Source of the DNA: an uncultured delta proteobacterium
Lineage (GTDB): Bacteria > Desulfobacterota > WTBG01
Direction of reading: 5' to 3'
Assembly (NCBI GenBank): GCA_963793865.1
Contig: CAWCBP010000012.1
Span: 64,001-128,000 of the forward strand
Length of the DNA: 64,000 nucleotides
The position numbers and the translations under genes are program-made. The notes under the pieces are model-generated. The model worked only from the letters and a program-made list of their open reading frames with translations, had not been told where the DNA came from and ran no database searches. This document shows positions 28,638 to 38,103 of this stretch, piece by piece (within the stretch, counting starts at the first letter, position 1; each line of letters begins with the position of its first letter).

Positions 28638-29957
28638 ATGTCCCGCACGGTCTTTATCAAAACCTACGGATGCCAGATGAATGTCTATGACTCGGAGCGG
28701 ATCATGGGACTGCTCCAGGGGTGCGGCTATACGCTTGCCCCGGACGTTACTGCTGCCGATATAATTCTCCTCAATACCTGCAGCATCCGCGAGAAGCCGG
28801 AGCATAAGCTTTACAGCATCCTGGGCAGGCTGAAGGAATACAAGGATGCCAACCCGTCCCTCATTCTCGGAGTGGGCGGTTGTGTAGCCCAGCAGGAGGG
28901 TGAGCGGCTTTTTGAAAAGGCGCCTCACCTGGACCTGGTGTTCGGCACGCACAGCATTGACAGTCTGCCCGGTTTGATAAAGCAGGTGGAAACGGAGAGG
29001 GAAAAGGTCTGCCGGACCGGCTTGCGCGAAGAAGGATACAGCGACGAGGGGGTCTGCTGCGCCGCCTCGCCCGGGGTATCGGCATATGTGAGCATCATTC
29101 GAGGCTGCAATAATTTTTGCTCTTACTGCGTGGTGCCCTATGTGCGGGGCAGGGAAAAGAGCCGGCCGCAGGAAGATATTATACAGGAAATTCAACAGCT
29201 GTGCCGGCGGGGAGTCCGGGAAGTCACCCTGCTGGGACAGAACGTCAACTCCTATGGCAGTGATAACGGCAGAACGGGGAGCTTCCCCCGGCTGCTTGAA
29301 GCGGTGAATGAAGTCACGGGCATAGAGCGGATACGATTTATCACCTCCCATCCCAAAGACCTGGGGGATGATCTGATCCGCTGCTTCAGTTCACTGGGTA
29401 AGCTCTGTCCGCACATTCATCTTCCCTTCCAATCCGGTTCAAATAAGATTTTGCGGCTGATGAACCGGGGATATACCCGCGAAGAGTATCTGGCAAAGGT
29501 TGAAGGGCTGCGCCGGGCGTGCCCTCCGATCGCCATTACCTCGGATGTCATCGTCGGCTTCCCCGGGGAAGCCGATGAAGATTTTGAGCAGACCCTGGCG
29601 CTGATGGAAGCGGTGCGATTCGATGACCTCTTTTGCTTTAACTACTCCGACCGCCCCATGACGGCAGCCATCCGTTTCGAGGGCAAAATTCCCGCAGAAG
29701 TCAAAGCAAAGCGGTTTTCCCTGCTGCAGGAGCTGCAGAATAAGCACAGCCTTACCAGAAACAGGACGCTCCTGAATACGGAGGAGGAGGTGTTGGTCGA
29801 GGGCATGAGCAAGAAAGATAGGAGTCGCATCACGGGAAAGACACGCTCCAACAAGACCGTCATCGCAGAGGGAGGGGAGGAGATCACCGGGCGGCTGGTA
29901 TCGGTCCGCATCAGGAGTGTCACGGCACATACGCTGAGCGGTGATATCGAATGCTGA
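28638..29957 (+). CDS. miaB: tRNA-i6A37 methylthiotransferase
   Basis: TYGCQMNVYDSE, NTCSIRE, GCNNFCSYC and a TRAM C-terminus. Confidence 0.95.
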   Translation: MSRTVFIKTYGCQMNVYDSERIMGLLQGCGYTLAPDVTAADIILLNTCSIREKPEHKLYSILGRLKEYKDANPSLILGVGGCVAQQEGERLFEKAPHLDLVFGTHSIDSLPGLIKQVETEREKVCRTGLREEGYSDEGVCCAASPGVSAYVSIIRGCNNFCSYCVVPYVRGREKSRPQEDIIQEIQQLCRRGVREVTLLGQNVNSYGSDNGRTGSFPRLLEAVNEVTGIERIRFITSHPKDLGDDLIRCFSSLGKLCPHIHLPFQSGSNKILRLMNRGYTREEYLAKVEGLRRACPPIAITSDVIVGFPGEADEDFEQTLALMEAVRFDDLFCFNYSDRPMTAAIRFEGKIPAEVKAKRFSLLQELQNKHSLTRNRTLLNTEEEVLVEGMSKKDRSRITGKTRSNKTVIAEGGEEITGRLVSVRIRSVTAHTLSGDIEC

Positions 29958-30346
29958 ACGCGCCCTCACCCTCGCCCCTGGGAGGCCGGTCTAAGCGCGC
30001 TCAAGCACTGACCCTATGGGTGCCCCCCGTTGTGTGGGCAGGCCTGATCTTTTATCTTTCCTCCCTCCCGGGCAGTACCCTTCCTTCCCCCTTTTTTACC
30101 GCCGACAAGCTTTTCCACCTGGGCGTGTACGCCGTGCTGGGGTACCTGGTGGCGAGGGCCCTGGGGTATTACGGACGGGCCAGGCGTTTTGTCATGGTGC
30201 TGTCAGTGCTTATCTGTTTCCTGTATGCACTAAGCGACGAGTTCCATCAGTCGTTTGTTCCCGACCGCACCCCCAGTTTCATGGATGTGACAGCCGATAC
30301 CGTCGGCTCGTTGATTGGCTTTTTTATATCCACAAGAAAGAGGTGA
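29951..30346 (+). CDS. VanZ-family membrane protein
   Basis: IFYLSS, DKLFH and DEFHQSFVPDR..S..D..AD. Confidence 0.88.
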   Translation: MLNAPSPSPLGGRSKRAQALTLWVPPVVWAGLIFYLSSLPGSTLPSPFFTADKLFHLGVYAVLGYLVARALGYYGRARRFVMVLSVLICFLYALSDEFHQSFVPDRTPSFMDVTADTVGSLIGFFISTRKR

Positions 30347-30350
30347 TATC

Positions 30351-30998
30351 ATGATTGATCTGCACACCCATTCTCTCTTAAGCGATGGTGAGCTTCTTCC
30401 CTCGGAGCTGATACGAAGGGCCATGGTAAAAGGATACCAGGTGTTGGCCATAACTGATCACGTGGACCTCTCCAACATCGACTGGGTCATATCCCGGCTG
30501 GTGAAGGACTGCAACGCGCTGAAAAAATCCTTTCAGATGGAGGTGCTGCCCGGGGCGGAAATAACCCACGTGCCTCCTGAGAGCATACAGTCCATGGCGG
30601 AGGAGGCCCGGAAGCTGGGGGCGAAGATTGTGGTGGTGCACGGGGAGACCATTGTTGAGCCGGTGGCGCCACAGACCAACCTGAAAGCCCTCCAGTCACC
30701 CATCGATATCCTGGCCCACCCCGGTTTGATTACCCGGGAAGAGGTTATGCTGGCCAGGAAAAACGGCATCATGCTGGAAATCACCGCGCGGAAGGGGCAC
30801 TCCCTCACCAACGGCCATGTTGCCAAGCTGGCACTTGAGGTCGGGGCAGGCATGGTGCTGAACACCGACGGGCATTCGCCGGATGATCTGATTTCTGACG
30901 AGCAGGCGAGGAAGATTGCCCTGGGGGCCGGCTTATCCGAAGAGGATTGTGCCAGACTCACCGACAACGCGCGAGAGATTATCAAACGGGCACAGTAA
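30351..30998 (+). CDS. PHP-domain (histidinol-phosphatase-like) protein
   Basis: DLHTHS..SDG, ITDH, HGET, LAHPG and NTDGH. Confidence 0.9.
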   Translation: MIDLHTHSLLSDGELLPSELIRRAMVKGYQVLAITDHVDLSNIDWVISRLVKDCNALKKSFQMEVLPGAEITHVPPESIQSMAEEARKLGAKIVVVHGETIVEPVAPQTNLKALQSPIDILAHPGLITREEVMLARKNGIMLEITARKGHSLTNGHVAKLALEVGAGMVLNTDGHSPDDLISDEQARKIALGAGLSEEDCARLTDNAREIIKRAQ

Positions 30999-31200
30999 CG
31001 GAGGGCCTCTATTCACAAAGGCAGGTGGAGGGCCATGCTCCGTCATGGCCCTAGATAATATGCGGACGTGACAGAGCACGTCCCTCCATAAATGGGTTGT
31101 CATTTCGAAGAAGCCGCTGCGACTGAGAAATCTTATAAGATTTCTCATGGATTTTATCCTGAGTGAGAAAGCAACTATCCGGAAAGGAGGAAACAAGAAC

Positions 31201-31899
31201 ATGAAGAAGATAAGCATGGCACTCCTGCCCCTGCTGGCGATGATGCTCGTGTGTTCCTGTACAGTGAAGAAAACCACCCCAGCTGGTGAGGTGGCCACGG
31301 ATGAAGAGGTGCCGGCCATTCTTTTAGGGGCAGAGATGCCTAAAGAGCACCAGGAGATTGAAACGGTTGCCTGCATGGAATGCCACACCATTCTGACCGA
31401 CGGCGTGTCAACGGCAACGCAGCGATTCCTTGATCGCCCCGGGGCCATAGAGAAGGAAGAGCTCTGGAAGGAGATTGTCGCGTTCTTCGGGGAGCGGCAG
31501 AGCTGTGTCATTGCGACCAGCATAAATAATGAGCCCTACGTGACCACGGTGGATTTTGCCCTGGACCCGGTGAACCGGGTGATGTATGCCCTCTCCGAGA
31601 AAGGAACCAGAAAGCTCGACCAGATCCGGATGAATTCAAAAACGGCAGTGGAATATCACCAGCCCCGGGACTGGCAGACCAAGGTATTCAGGTGCCTTCA
31701 GATGAGAGGTGACGCGCGGACCTTCAGCGCCGATGACGCACTGTTTGCCGAGGGTTTAAGGATCTTTAAACCGCAAATTGATGAGGAGATGATCAGGCGG
31801 GGGATGGATATGACCTGCTTTACCCCGAAGGAGATTCTCTTCTACGACAACCTCAGGAAGGAGAGGGGGTTAAACATTTTTCAGATGTGGAATCGGTAA
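31201..31899 (+). CDS. Lipoprotein with one CxxCH heme motif fused to a PNPOx-like split-barrel domain
   Basis: Lipobox VCSC; H...CMECH; VIATS..NEPY..., K.TRKL.QI..N.K.AV; AAAGGAGG RBS. Confidence 0.75.
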   Translation: MKKISMALLPLLAMMLVCSCTVKKTTPAGEVATDEEVPAILLGAEMPKEHQEIETVACMECHTILTDGVSTATQRFLDRPGAIEKEELWKEIVAFFGERQSCVIATSINNEPYVTTVDFALDPVNRVMYALSEKGTRKLDQIRMNSKTAVEYHQPRDWQTKVFRCLQMRGDARTFSADDALFAEGLRIFKPQIDEEMIRRGMDMTCFTPKEILFYDNLRKERGLNIFQMWNR

Positions 31900-32016
31900 T
31901 CAGCCGGCTTGCGAGACCGCATTCATGAATCTGTGACCGGATGCATCCCCAAACATGCTCCGGCTTTTCCGGCCGGGATCAACCTTGACTCCTGCCGCTC
32001 CGGACGTGCGGCCAGG

Positions 32017-33378
32017 TCAAGAGCCCTCCTGTAAATCTCCCAGAAAGGCGTCTATAAATCTCCCCGCGGTCTCCTGCGGAAAGTACGAATCCAGGGTACC
32101 CAGATTAAATATCATCCGGTTATTGTAGGTATAGAGCAGCAGCATCGGCCAGCCCGCCACGGCGGGAATCCCGTATATGCCGCTGATGCGGGCGTTCCCC
32201 ATGCAGTGAAACCCCTCTTCGTCGGTATGGGAGGGGTTGGGGGAGAGGACACCCATGTTGCTGAGCACCACCGTGGGCGCGTAACCCGAGGCGGTGCGTC
32301 TCAGCAGGTTTATTCTCATACCTATGGTGAGGGGTTTGAGGAGGGCTGAAAAACGTATGATGGTCCGTGCCACGTTGCCGTCCGCCAGCGCGGTTATCTC
32401 CTTCCTGATGAGCGGAAGCATGGCTTCCCGGCCGGTTATGTGGTCGGGTTTTAAAGAAATGAAGGCCCCGGAGAGGACATTGGACAGGGTGCGGTCACCG
32501 GGCGCGCGGAAGCTCATGGGGACGTTTATGTAAATGCGGTCAGATGGGGCTGTCCATTCGCGGCACCACTTTTTAAGCGTCCCGAACATGGTTGCCAGGA
32601 GATAATCATTGACGGTGGAGCCGTGTTGCTTGGCGGTGGACCTGATCCTTGCCAGGTGCTGAGGATGCATGTGCCTGACGGTGGCGACAAATTTCCCCGT
32701 GATACCTTTCGATTCGCCCGGGAAGGCGTTCAAAGCCGGCTGCCGGAAGGTGAGGAAGAAGTTCCGAACGAAGGGTCGGAGATTGCGGGGGGAGAGATCA
32801 CTCCACCCCAGCCTGATATCGGGCAGCGAAATATCTTCGAAGTCGGCGGCAGGTTCGTGTGCTGCTTCCCGCCCGTTCAGGATGTCTTCGTAGTCACGGA
32901 TGAACTGCTGGATGAAAATGAAGCCCCCCAGCCCGTCGGCCGCGGCATGGTGCATGATGAAAAACAGAAAAGCGCCCCCGGGCTGCCTGATGAGCAGTAC
33001 CTTCAGAGGGATGTGGGAAGAGAGGTCAATGGAAAGGGCAGCGTGATTGTCCGCGTAATAGCTGATGGCCTCCTCAACGGTGGCATAAGGATTTGGTTCC
33101 CCGATCTCCCGGAGGATATCCCCGCCTTCACAATCGGTAAGCCTCCAGCAGTGTCTGAACCAGTGCTTGTACGACGGGTAGCGGTCCGTCAGCACGCAGC
33201 GGCTCTTGGGGTAGTAGCGCAAGGTCCTGTCCAGGGCCTTGCGGGTAATTTCCGTGCTAACCTCTCCCTCCAGCGTGAGAATCCAGGCGTAGTTGAGAAC
33301 AAGGCCGGGGTGGCCCTTGTCCACGCAATGGGTGATTTCGTCGACGATGCTTGCCGGGAACAGCCTCCTTTCATCCAT
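32017..33378 (-). CDS. Stand-alone condensation/CoA-dependent acyltransferase (HHxxxDG)
   Basis: MHHAAADG, TVNDYLLA, INVP.S.R and VLSNMG. Confidence 0.85.
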   Translation of the reverse strand: MDERRLFPASIVDEITHCVDKGHPGLVLNYAWILTLEGEVSTEITRKALDRTLRYYPKSRCVLTDRYPSYKHWFRHCWRLTDCEGGDILREIGEPNPYATVEEAISYYADNHAALSIDLSSHIPLKVLLIRQPGGAFLFFIMHHAAADGLGGFIFIQQFIRDYEDILNGREAAHEPAADFEDISLPDIRLGWSDLSPRNLRPFVRNFFLTFRQPALNAFPGESKGITGKFVATVRHMHPQHLARIRSTAKQHGSTVNDYLLATMFGTLKKWCREWTAPSDRIYINVPMSFRAPGDRTLSNVLSGAFISLKPDHITGREAMLPLIRKEITALADGNVARTIIRFSALLKPLTIGMRINLLRRTASGYAPTVVLSNMGVLSPNPSHTDEEGFHCMGNARISGIYGIPAVAGWPMLLLYTYNNRMIFNLGTLDSYFPQETAGRFIDAFLGDLQEGS

Positions 33379-33781
33379 TGTGTCCGGACCCTTCCTGGGC
33401 AATTCTTTTGATGCTCTCAATAATCTCGCTGTCAGTGGCGGAGGGACAGAAGGCGTCCGCGGCGCCCATCGCCCTCAGCTTGCTGGCATCATCCACCGTG
33501 ATCACCGAGCCGCCGACGATGATGGGAATGCTGAGGTCCCTCTCTTTCATCATTTCTATCATCTCGGGAACATAGTAGAGAAAGTCCCAGGAGTGGAAGC
33601 TCAGGCCGATGAGGTCAACATCTTCCTGGAGGGCCGCCTGGATGATCATCTCGGACGAGTTAAAGCGGCCCATGTACACCACCTCCATGCCGGCGTCCCG
33701 CAGCAGCCGGGAAACACCGATTGCCCCCGCTTCGTGCTGATCGATGCCCATCATGCCGATAAGTACCCTGATTTTTTTCAT
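33371..33781 (-). CDS. Cobalamin-binding small subunit of an acyl-CoA mutase
   Basis: GIDQHEAG (DxHxxG), LRDAGMEVVY and IIVGG. Confidence 0.92.
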   Translation of the reverse strand: MKKIRVLIGMMGIDQHEAGAIGVSRLLRDAGMEVVYMGRFNSSEMIIQAALQEDVDLIGLSFHSWDFLYYVPEMIEMMKERDLSIPIIVGGSVITVDDASKLRAMGAADAFCPSATDSEIIESIKRIAQEGSGHNG

Positions 33782-33792
33782 AGCAGGTCCTT

Positions 33793-35388
33793 TCAAAAGG
33801 GAGGTGACATCTTGCCGTAGGGATCATAGGGGCAATCATATGCCGTGCGCAGCGCTCCGGTTATCTCCCCGCAGGTAGCCCCTTTCTCAAAGGCATCCAG
33901 AATGGAGTCCATCAGGTTGTCAGACGTCTCCTTCGCCGTATGCCTGACCGCCAGCAGCACCTCTTTGATTTTGGCCTGGTCCCGTCGCTCTTTGTAACGC
34001 TTGATCCGCTCCACGTGCCAGATGTAGGGCTGTATTTTTGCCTCGGCGACATCCCGGAGCATGGTGTCTTCATCTTCCGGCATCTGGTGAATGTTGGTGC
34101 CCACCTTGATGCGCTGCCTGCTTTCAATGTCCTTGTGGTAGCGCTCCATGGAATCCTCAAAAAACTTCTTGAACCAGCCCTTGGTGGAAAGGTCCGCGGG
34201 GTCGCCCAGGGCCTCGATCTTTCGTATGCTGTCCTGGATTTTCCGTTCCATCTCGTTGGTCAGCGATTCAACCAGGTAGGACCCCCCGAGGGGATCGTGG
34301 ACCTTGCCGATGCCGCTCTCCAGGTCGATGACCTGCTGGGTTCGGAGCGAAACCAGGTGCGACTCGGGGCTGGGGGTGCGGAAAGGCTCGTCAAAGGCCG
34401 ATATTTCCACGGCCTGGATGCCCGACATCACCAGCGCCATGCACTGGATCGCGCCCCGCACAATGTTATTAAAGGGCTGCTGGGCGGTCAGCGCTATGCC
34501 GGAGGTGTGACAGGTCATGGTGAGGGACTGGGAGCGCGGGTTCTTTGCCCCGAACTCGTCGCGCATCATCCGGGCAAAAATCCTGCGGGTGGCCCGGATC
34601 TTGGCGATTTCCTCGAAGAAGTCCATGCGGCAGTTGACCAGCACCACGATGTGCCGGGCGATGTTGTCTATGTCCAGCCCCCGCTTGAGGAGATGACTGA
34701 TGGTGTGGCGCATCTCAACAAACCCGAAGGCCATTTCCTCATCCGCGGTCAGGCCGGTCTCGCTGAAGAAATAGGTGTTCTCGAGGAAGGAGTGGAACTT
34801 GGGCATCTTCTTCAGGCAGAACTCTATGCTGTCCAGGGTGAGACGCAGCCGCAGGGGAAAGGGCAGGTGTGCGGTATAGCCGCACTCTTCAAAGAAAAAT
34901 GGCGACTGGATCACTGAGCCGCGGAGCCTGGTGGTGTCGAACCCGCTTTTCCCGGCAGTCAGGTAGAGTCCCGCGAGGGTAAATATACTGGGTATGGAGC
35001 TGGAGATGGCTATGGATTCCAGGGGAATACCTTTAAACAGCTCCTGATAATCGTACAGGCAGCATAGTGAGACACCCTGCGTGCCCACCGTGGGGACGGA
35101 AAAGGGATGGTCCGGGTCCAGGCAGATCATGGTGGGTGTATCGCCAATGACGTCAATCCCCGTCTGTCCTTGCTGAATTAGATATTTAAATTGTTCGTTG
35201 GATCGTGAGGCATCACCTTCGCCGGAAAGGCCCCTCTGAACCCAGCTGCCTTTGGCGCCTGACATTCTTCCCCGGGTGTAAGGGAATGCACCGGGGTCGT
35301 TCAGCTCCTCCCGGTAGTTAAAATCCTTTAAATCGTCGGGGGTATAAACAGGCTTTAAGGGAATTGTGGGCTGCATGTTATGTTTCAT
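33793..35388 (-). CDS. Divergent acyl-CoA mutase large subunit (MCM family, non-MCM specificity residues)
   Basis: PGAFPYTRG, FFEEIAKIRA.RR, HTSG..LTAQQP.NN, LRTQQ and DPLGGSY; WVQRGLSG replaces WTxRQYAG. Confidence 0.9.
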   Translation of the reverse strand: MKHNMQPTIPLKPVYTPDDLKDFNYREELNDPGAFPYTRGRMSGAKGSWVQRGLSGEGDASRSNEQFKYLIQQGQTGIDVIGDTPTMICLDPDHPFSVPTVGTQGVSLCCLYDYQELFKGIPLESIAISSSIPSIFTLAGLYLTAGKSGFDTTRLRGSVIQSPFFFEECGYTAHLPFPLRLRLTLDSIEFCLKKMPKFHSFLENTYFFSETGLTADEEMAFGFVEMRHTISHLLKRGLDIDNIARHIVVLVNCRMDFFEEIAKIRATRRIFARMMRDEFGAKNPRSQSLTMTCHTSGIALTAQQPFNNIVRGAIQCMALVMSGIQAVEISAFDEPFRTPSPESHLVSLRTQQVIDLESGIGKVHDPLGGSYLVESLTNEMERKIQDSIRKIEALGDPADLSTKGWFKKFFEDSMERYHKDIESRQRIKVGTNIHQMPEDEDTMLRDVAEAKIQPYIWHVERIKRYKERRDQAKIKEVLLAVRHTAKETSDNLMDSILDAFEKGATCGEITGALRTAYDCPYDPYGKMSPPF

Positions 35389-35523
35389 GGCTTTTCTCCG
35401 TGCATGAGAAAATTAATCTCGCTTTGTTAGATCCAACATTGGGATTGCTTCGTCGCCCCGCCAAAGGCTCCTCGCAACGACCCGCTTGTTTTTTTTGCAT
35501 AAGGTTGTTCGTTGGGCATGACA

Positions 35524-36885
35524 CTAGCCTGACTCCCCGAACAGATCCCTGATGTAGGCGTCCAGGAACTCATCGGCGGTTTCGAGCGGAAAGCGGGAAT
35601 GGAGCACCGAGAGGCTCACCTCCATTCTGTTGTTATGCGTGTGTATGAGAACCTGCGGCCAGGGTATGGCGGCCGTCACCACGTTTGATCCGACGATCCT
35701 GGCAGGTCCCACATGCTGAAATCCCTCCTCGTCTCGGTGAGCGGGGTTGTAATCACAAATCCCTATGTTGCTCAGGCAGAGGGAGGGATACAGGGCATGG
35801 GAGTGATTTTTAAAAATCATTTCCTGCAGCGCCAGGGGCGTGAACTTTAAAATCCAGGTCATGGCCAGGTCTATCCTGGCGGCATCGTTTTCATTCAGAT
35901 ACGTCCGCTGCGCCCGCACCTGGTCAAGCAGCCGGTCGGTGTTGTCTATGGCCTCCGGATCCGGGGAAATGGTGATGCCGCCGAGCTTGTTGCTGGCGGT
36001 GAAGTCTTCGGGGGGCCTGGTGCTTACGGGAACGTTGATGTAAAAACGACCGGGCCGGCCGCCCCGCCGCGCGTTCCATCCTTTCATGGTTTTAAACATG
36101 ATCGCCAGCATGTAATCATTAATGGTGGCCTGGCGCTTTTTGGCGATGGATTTGAGCAGGCTGAACTGATCGGGGGAGAGCACCCGGGCAACCAGCATCA
36201 GACCCTTGCCGGGTCCCGCGCCTCCACGGTGATGCACCTCGGCGGCGGGCTGGCGAAGGAAGAGCCGGCATTTTTTCACAAAGATGTCCACATGCCTGAG
36301 CGTGCAGTCCTTCCACGGGGGCCTGATCACCGGCTGGGGGATGGATTCAAAATCCGGGACAGCCTTCTCTCCCGCCCGCTGATAGTACAGATCCTCGTAG
36401 AACTGAATGAATCTTCTGATGACGCCGACCAGCCCCCTCCCGTCCGAGAGGATGTGGTTGTGAAAGAAGATGAGGATAACCTCCCGCGGCTTTCTGATGA
36501 GCACTATCTTCAAGGGGGTATCCCGGGTGACGTCAATGCAGTTGGCGGGGTACAGCTCCCTGAACCAGGCAACCCCGTCTTTTTCCGCGCCCGCGCCCGA
36601 TGCGGTGATCTCCTGAAAGACGGTTTCGGGATCAACAGTGTCCCGGTAGCGCCAGCAGTAGCGGAACCAGCGCTTGAAAGAGGGATAGTCTTTGACCAGG
36701 ACACATTTGTACTTGGGGTAGCATTCAAAGGTGGAGAGAAGCGCCTGCCTGACGATTGCCGAATCCACCTCACCCTCCAGGGTGAGGATCCACCCGTTGG
36801 TGACGGTGGTGTTGCCCGCACCCTCCATAAAGTAGGCGGTTTCGTCTATAATGCTGGCAGGAAAGAATTGCTGATTATTTTCCAT
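35524..36885 (-). CDS. Second condensation-type acyltransferase (paralog of 32017..33378)
   Basis: Shared FPASI.DE, WILTLEGEV, TINDY and NVPVS.R segments; NHILSDG motif. Confidence 0.85.
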   Translation of the reverse strand: MENNQQFFPASIIDETAYFMEGAGNTTVTNGWILTLEGEVDSAIVRQALLSTFECYPKYKCVLVKDYPSFKRWFRYCWRYRDTVDPETVFQEITASGAGAEKDGVAWFRELYPANCIDVTRDTPLKIVLIRKPREVILIFFHNHILSDGRGLVGVIRRFIQFYEDLYYQRAGEKAVPDFESIPQPVIRPPWKDCTLRHVDIFVKKCRLFLRQPAAEVHHRGGAGPGKGLMLVARVLSPDQFSLLKSIAKKRQATINDYMLAIMFKTMKGWNARRGGRPGRFYINVPVSTRPPEDFTASNKLGGITISPDPEAIDNTDRLLDQVRAQRTYLNENDAARIDLAMTWILKFTPLALQEMIFKNHSHALYPSLCLSNIGICDYNPAHRDEEGFQHVGPARIVGSNVVTAAIPWPQVLIHTHNNRMEVSLSVLHSRFPLETADEFLDAYIRDLFGESG

Positions 36886-36925
36886 TGGTTATTTGGCTCA
36901 GGATGAATGCCTTAGCGCTTCAAAT

Positions 36926-36993
36926 TGTCATTTCGAAGGAGCATGAGCGACTGAGAAATCTTATAAGATTTCTCACATTCGTTCGAAATGACA
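36926..36993. repeat. TGTCATTTCG-type palindromic repeat
   Basis: TGTCATTTCGAA...GAGAAATCTTATAAGATTTCTC...TTCGAAATGACA; partial copies at 31098-31147 and 58779-58805. Confidence 0.75.
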
Positions 36994-37006
36994 ACGGTAT
37001 CTCTGC

Positions 37007-38002
37007 TCATCCCCAGTATCCGTTTTCCCTGTACCACGCAACCGTGCGCCGGATGGTTTCCCGCAAGAGGGTCTGGGGAAGACCCAGCTCGTTGATTGCT
37101 TTTGTCGAGTCCATCTTTTTAAAGAGGTGCAGCACCTGGAGGGCGCCCGGGGGAAGCAGCGGGGCCCGGTGGGTTATGCGGTCGGCCACTAAAAGCGAGA
37201 CGTTCGCGTATGCCATCGCCGCGGCATAGGGAATCCTCAACCGGGGGGAAGCGACTCCGGCGATCTCGCCGATGAGCGAAAATAGGTCTTTTAATGATAT
37301 GTTGTTTCCATTGTTTCCCAGGTTGTAGCTCTCCCCGACCCTTCCCTTTTCCATGGCCAGCAGGTGACCCGCGGCGACGTCATTGATGTCCACCAGGTTG
37401 ATGCCGCCTTCGAGATAAAAAAGATATCTGCCGTGCAGGACATCAAGCACCATTTGCCCGGAAGGCGTGGGATAGAAATCGCGCTCACCCAGAACCAGCG
37501 ACGGCCGGACCACCACCAGGGGAAGTCCCTGCGTTACCAGCGCCCGGGCAGCCTCTTCCGATTCGTACTTGGATACCTCGTAAGGAAGTTTAGTGCCCCA
37601 GAGGTTGAAGCGCACGCTCTCGTCTGATGGTTTTCCGCTGTCGGTTACACCCAGGGCGGCAACGGAGCTGGTGAGGACCACCTTTTCCACCCCCTGCCGG
37701 AGGGCCTCCCTCATGACAATCCGCGTGCCTTCCACATTGACCCGGTGCAATTCGCTTTCATCGCGCAGCCACACCCTGTAAAGGCCGGCGGTGTGATAGA
37801 GCCTCCCGCAGCCCTCAAGCGCTCTTCGCACGGCATGCTCATCCCGCACGTCGGCATGGACCTTTTCAACCGGAAGACCGTCAATGTTCCGGGTGTCGCT
37901 TCCCTGCCGGACGGTGACCCGCACCGCATCTCCGCGCTCAACCAGTTTCGCTGCCAGGGCTGAGCCTACAAAACCGTTCCCGCCGGTTATAACTGTTTTC
38001 AT
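37007..38002 (-). CDS. HpnA-like NAD-dependent epimerase/dehydratase (extended SDR)
   Basis: ITGGNGFVG, TSSVAALG, YEVSK and PTPSG. Confidence 0.88.
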   Translation of the reverse strand: MKTVITGGNGFVGSALAAKLVERGDAVRVTVRQGSDTRNIDGLPVEKVHADVRDEHAVRRALEGCGRLYHTAGLYRVWLRDESELHRVNVEGTRIVMREALRQGVEKVVLTSSVAALGVTDSGKPSDESVRFNLWGTKLPYEVSKYESEEAARALVTQGLPLVVVRPSLVLGERDFYPTPSGQMVLDVLHGRYLFYLEGGINLVDINDVAAGHLLAMEKGRVGESYNLGNNGNNISLKDLFSLIGEIAGVASPRLRIPYAAAMAYANVSLLVADRITHRAPLLPPGALQVLHLFKKMDSTKAINELGLPQTLLRETIRRTVAWYRENGYWG

Positions 38003-38103
38003 GGATGATGTCCCATGTCGCTAAAGAGGAGGTGCTCTCAGGATAAGCGCTGCGCGTGGTGCGGAAATGATGACGAGCTGTTCACTCCTGAATGGTTGCC
38101 GGC

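Noticed and set aside
33793..35388. Annotation as canonical methylmalonyl-CoA mutase
   Set aside because: The Tyr89, Arg207 and His244 equivalents appear substituted, and no epimerase or meaB is adjacent.
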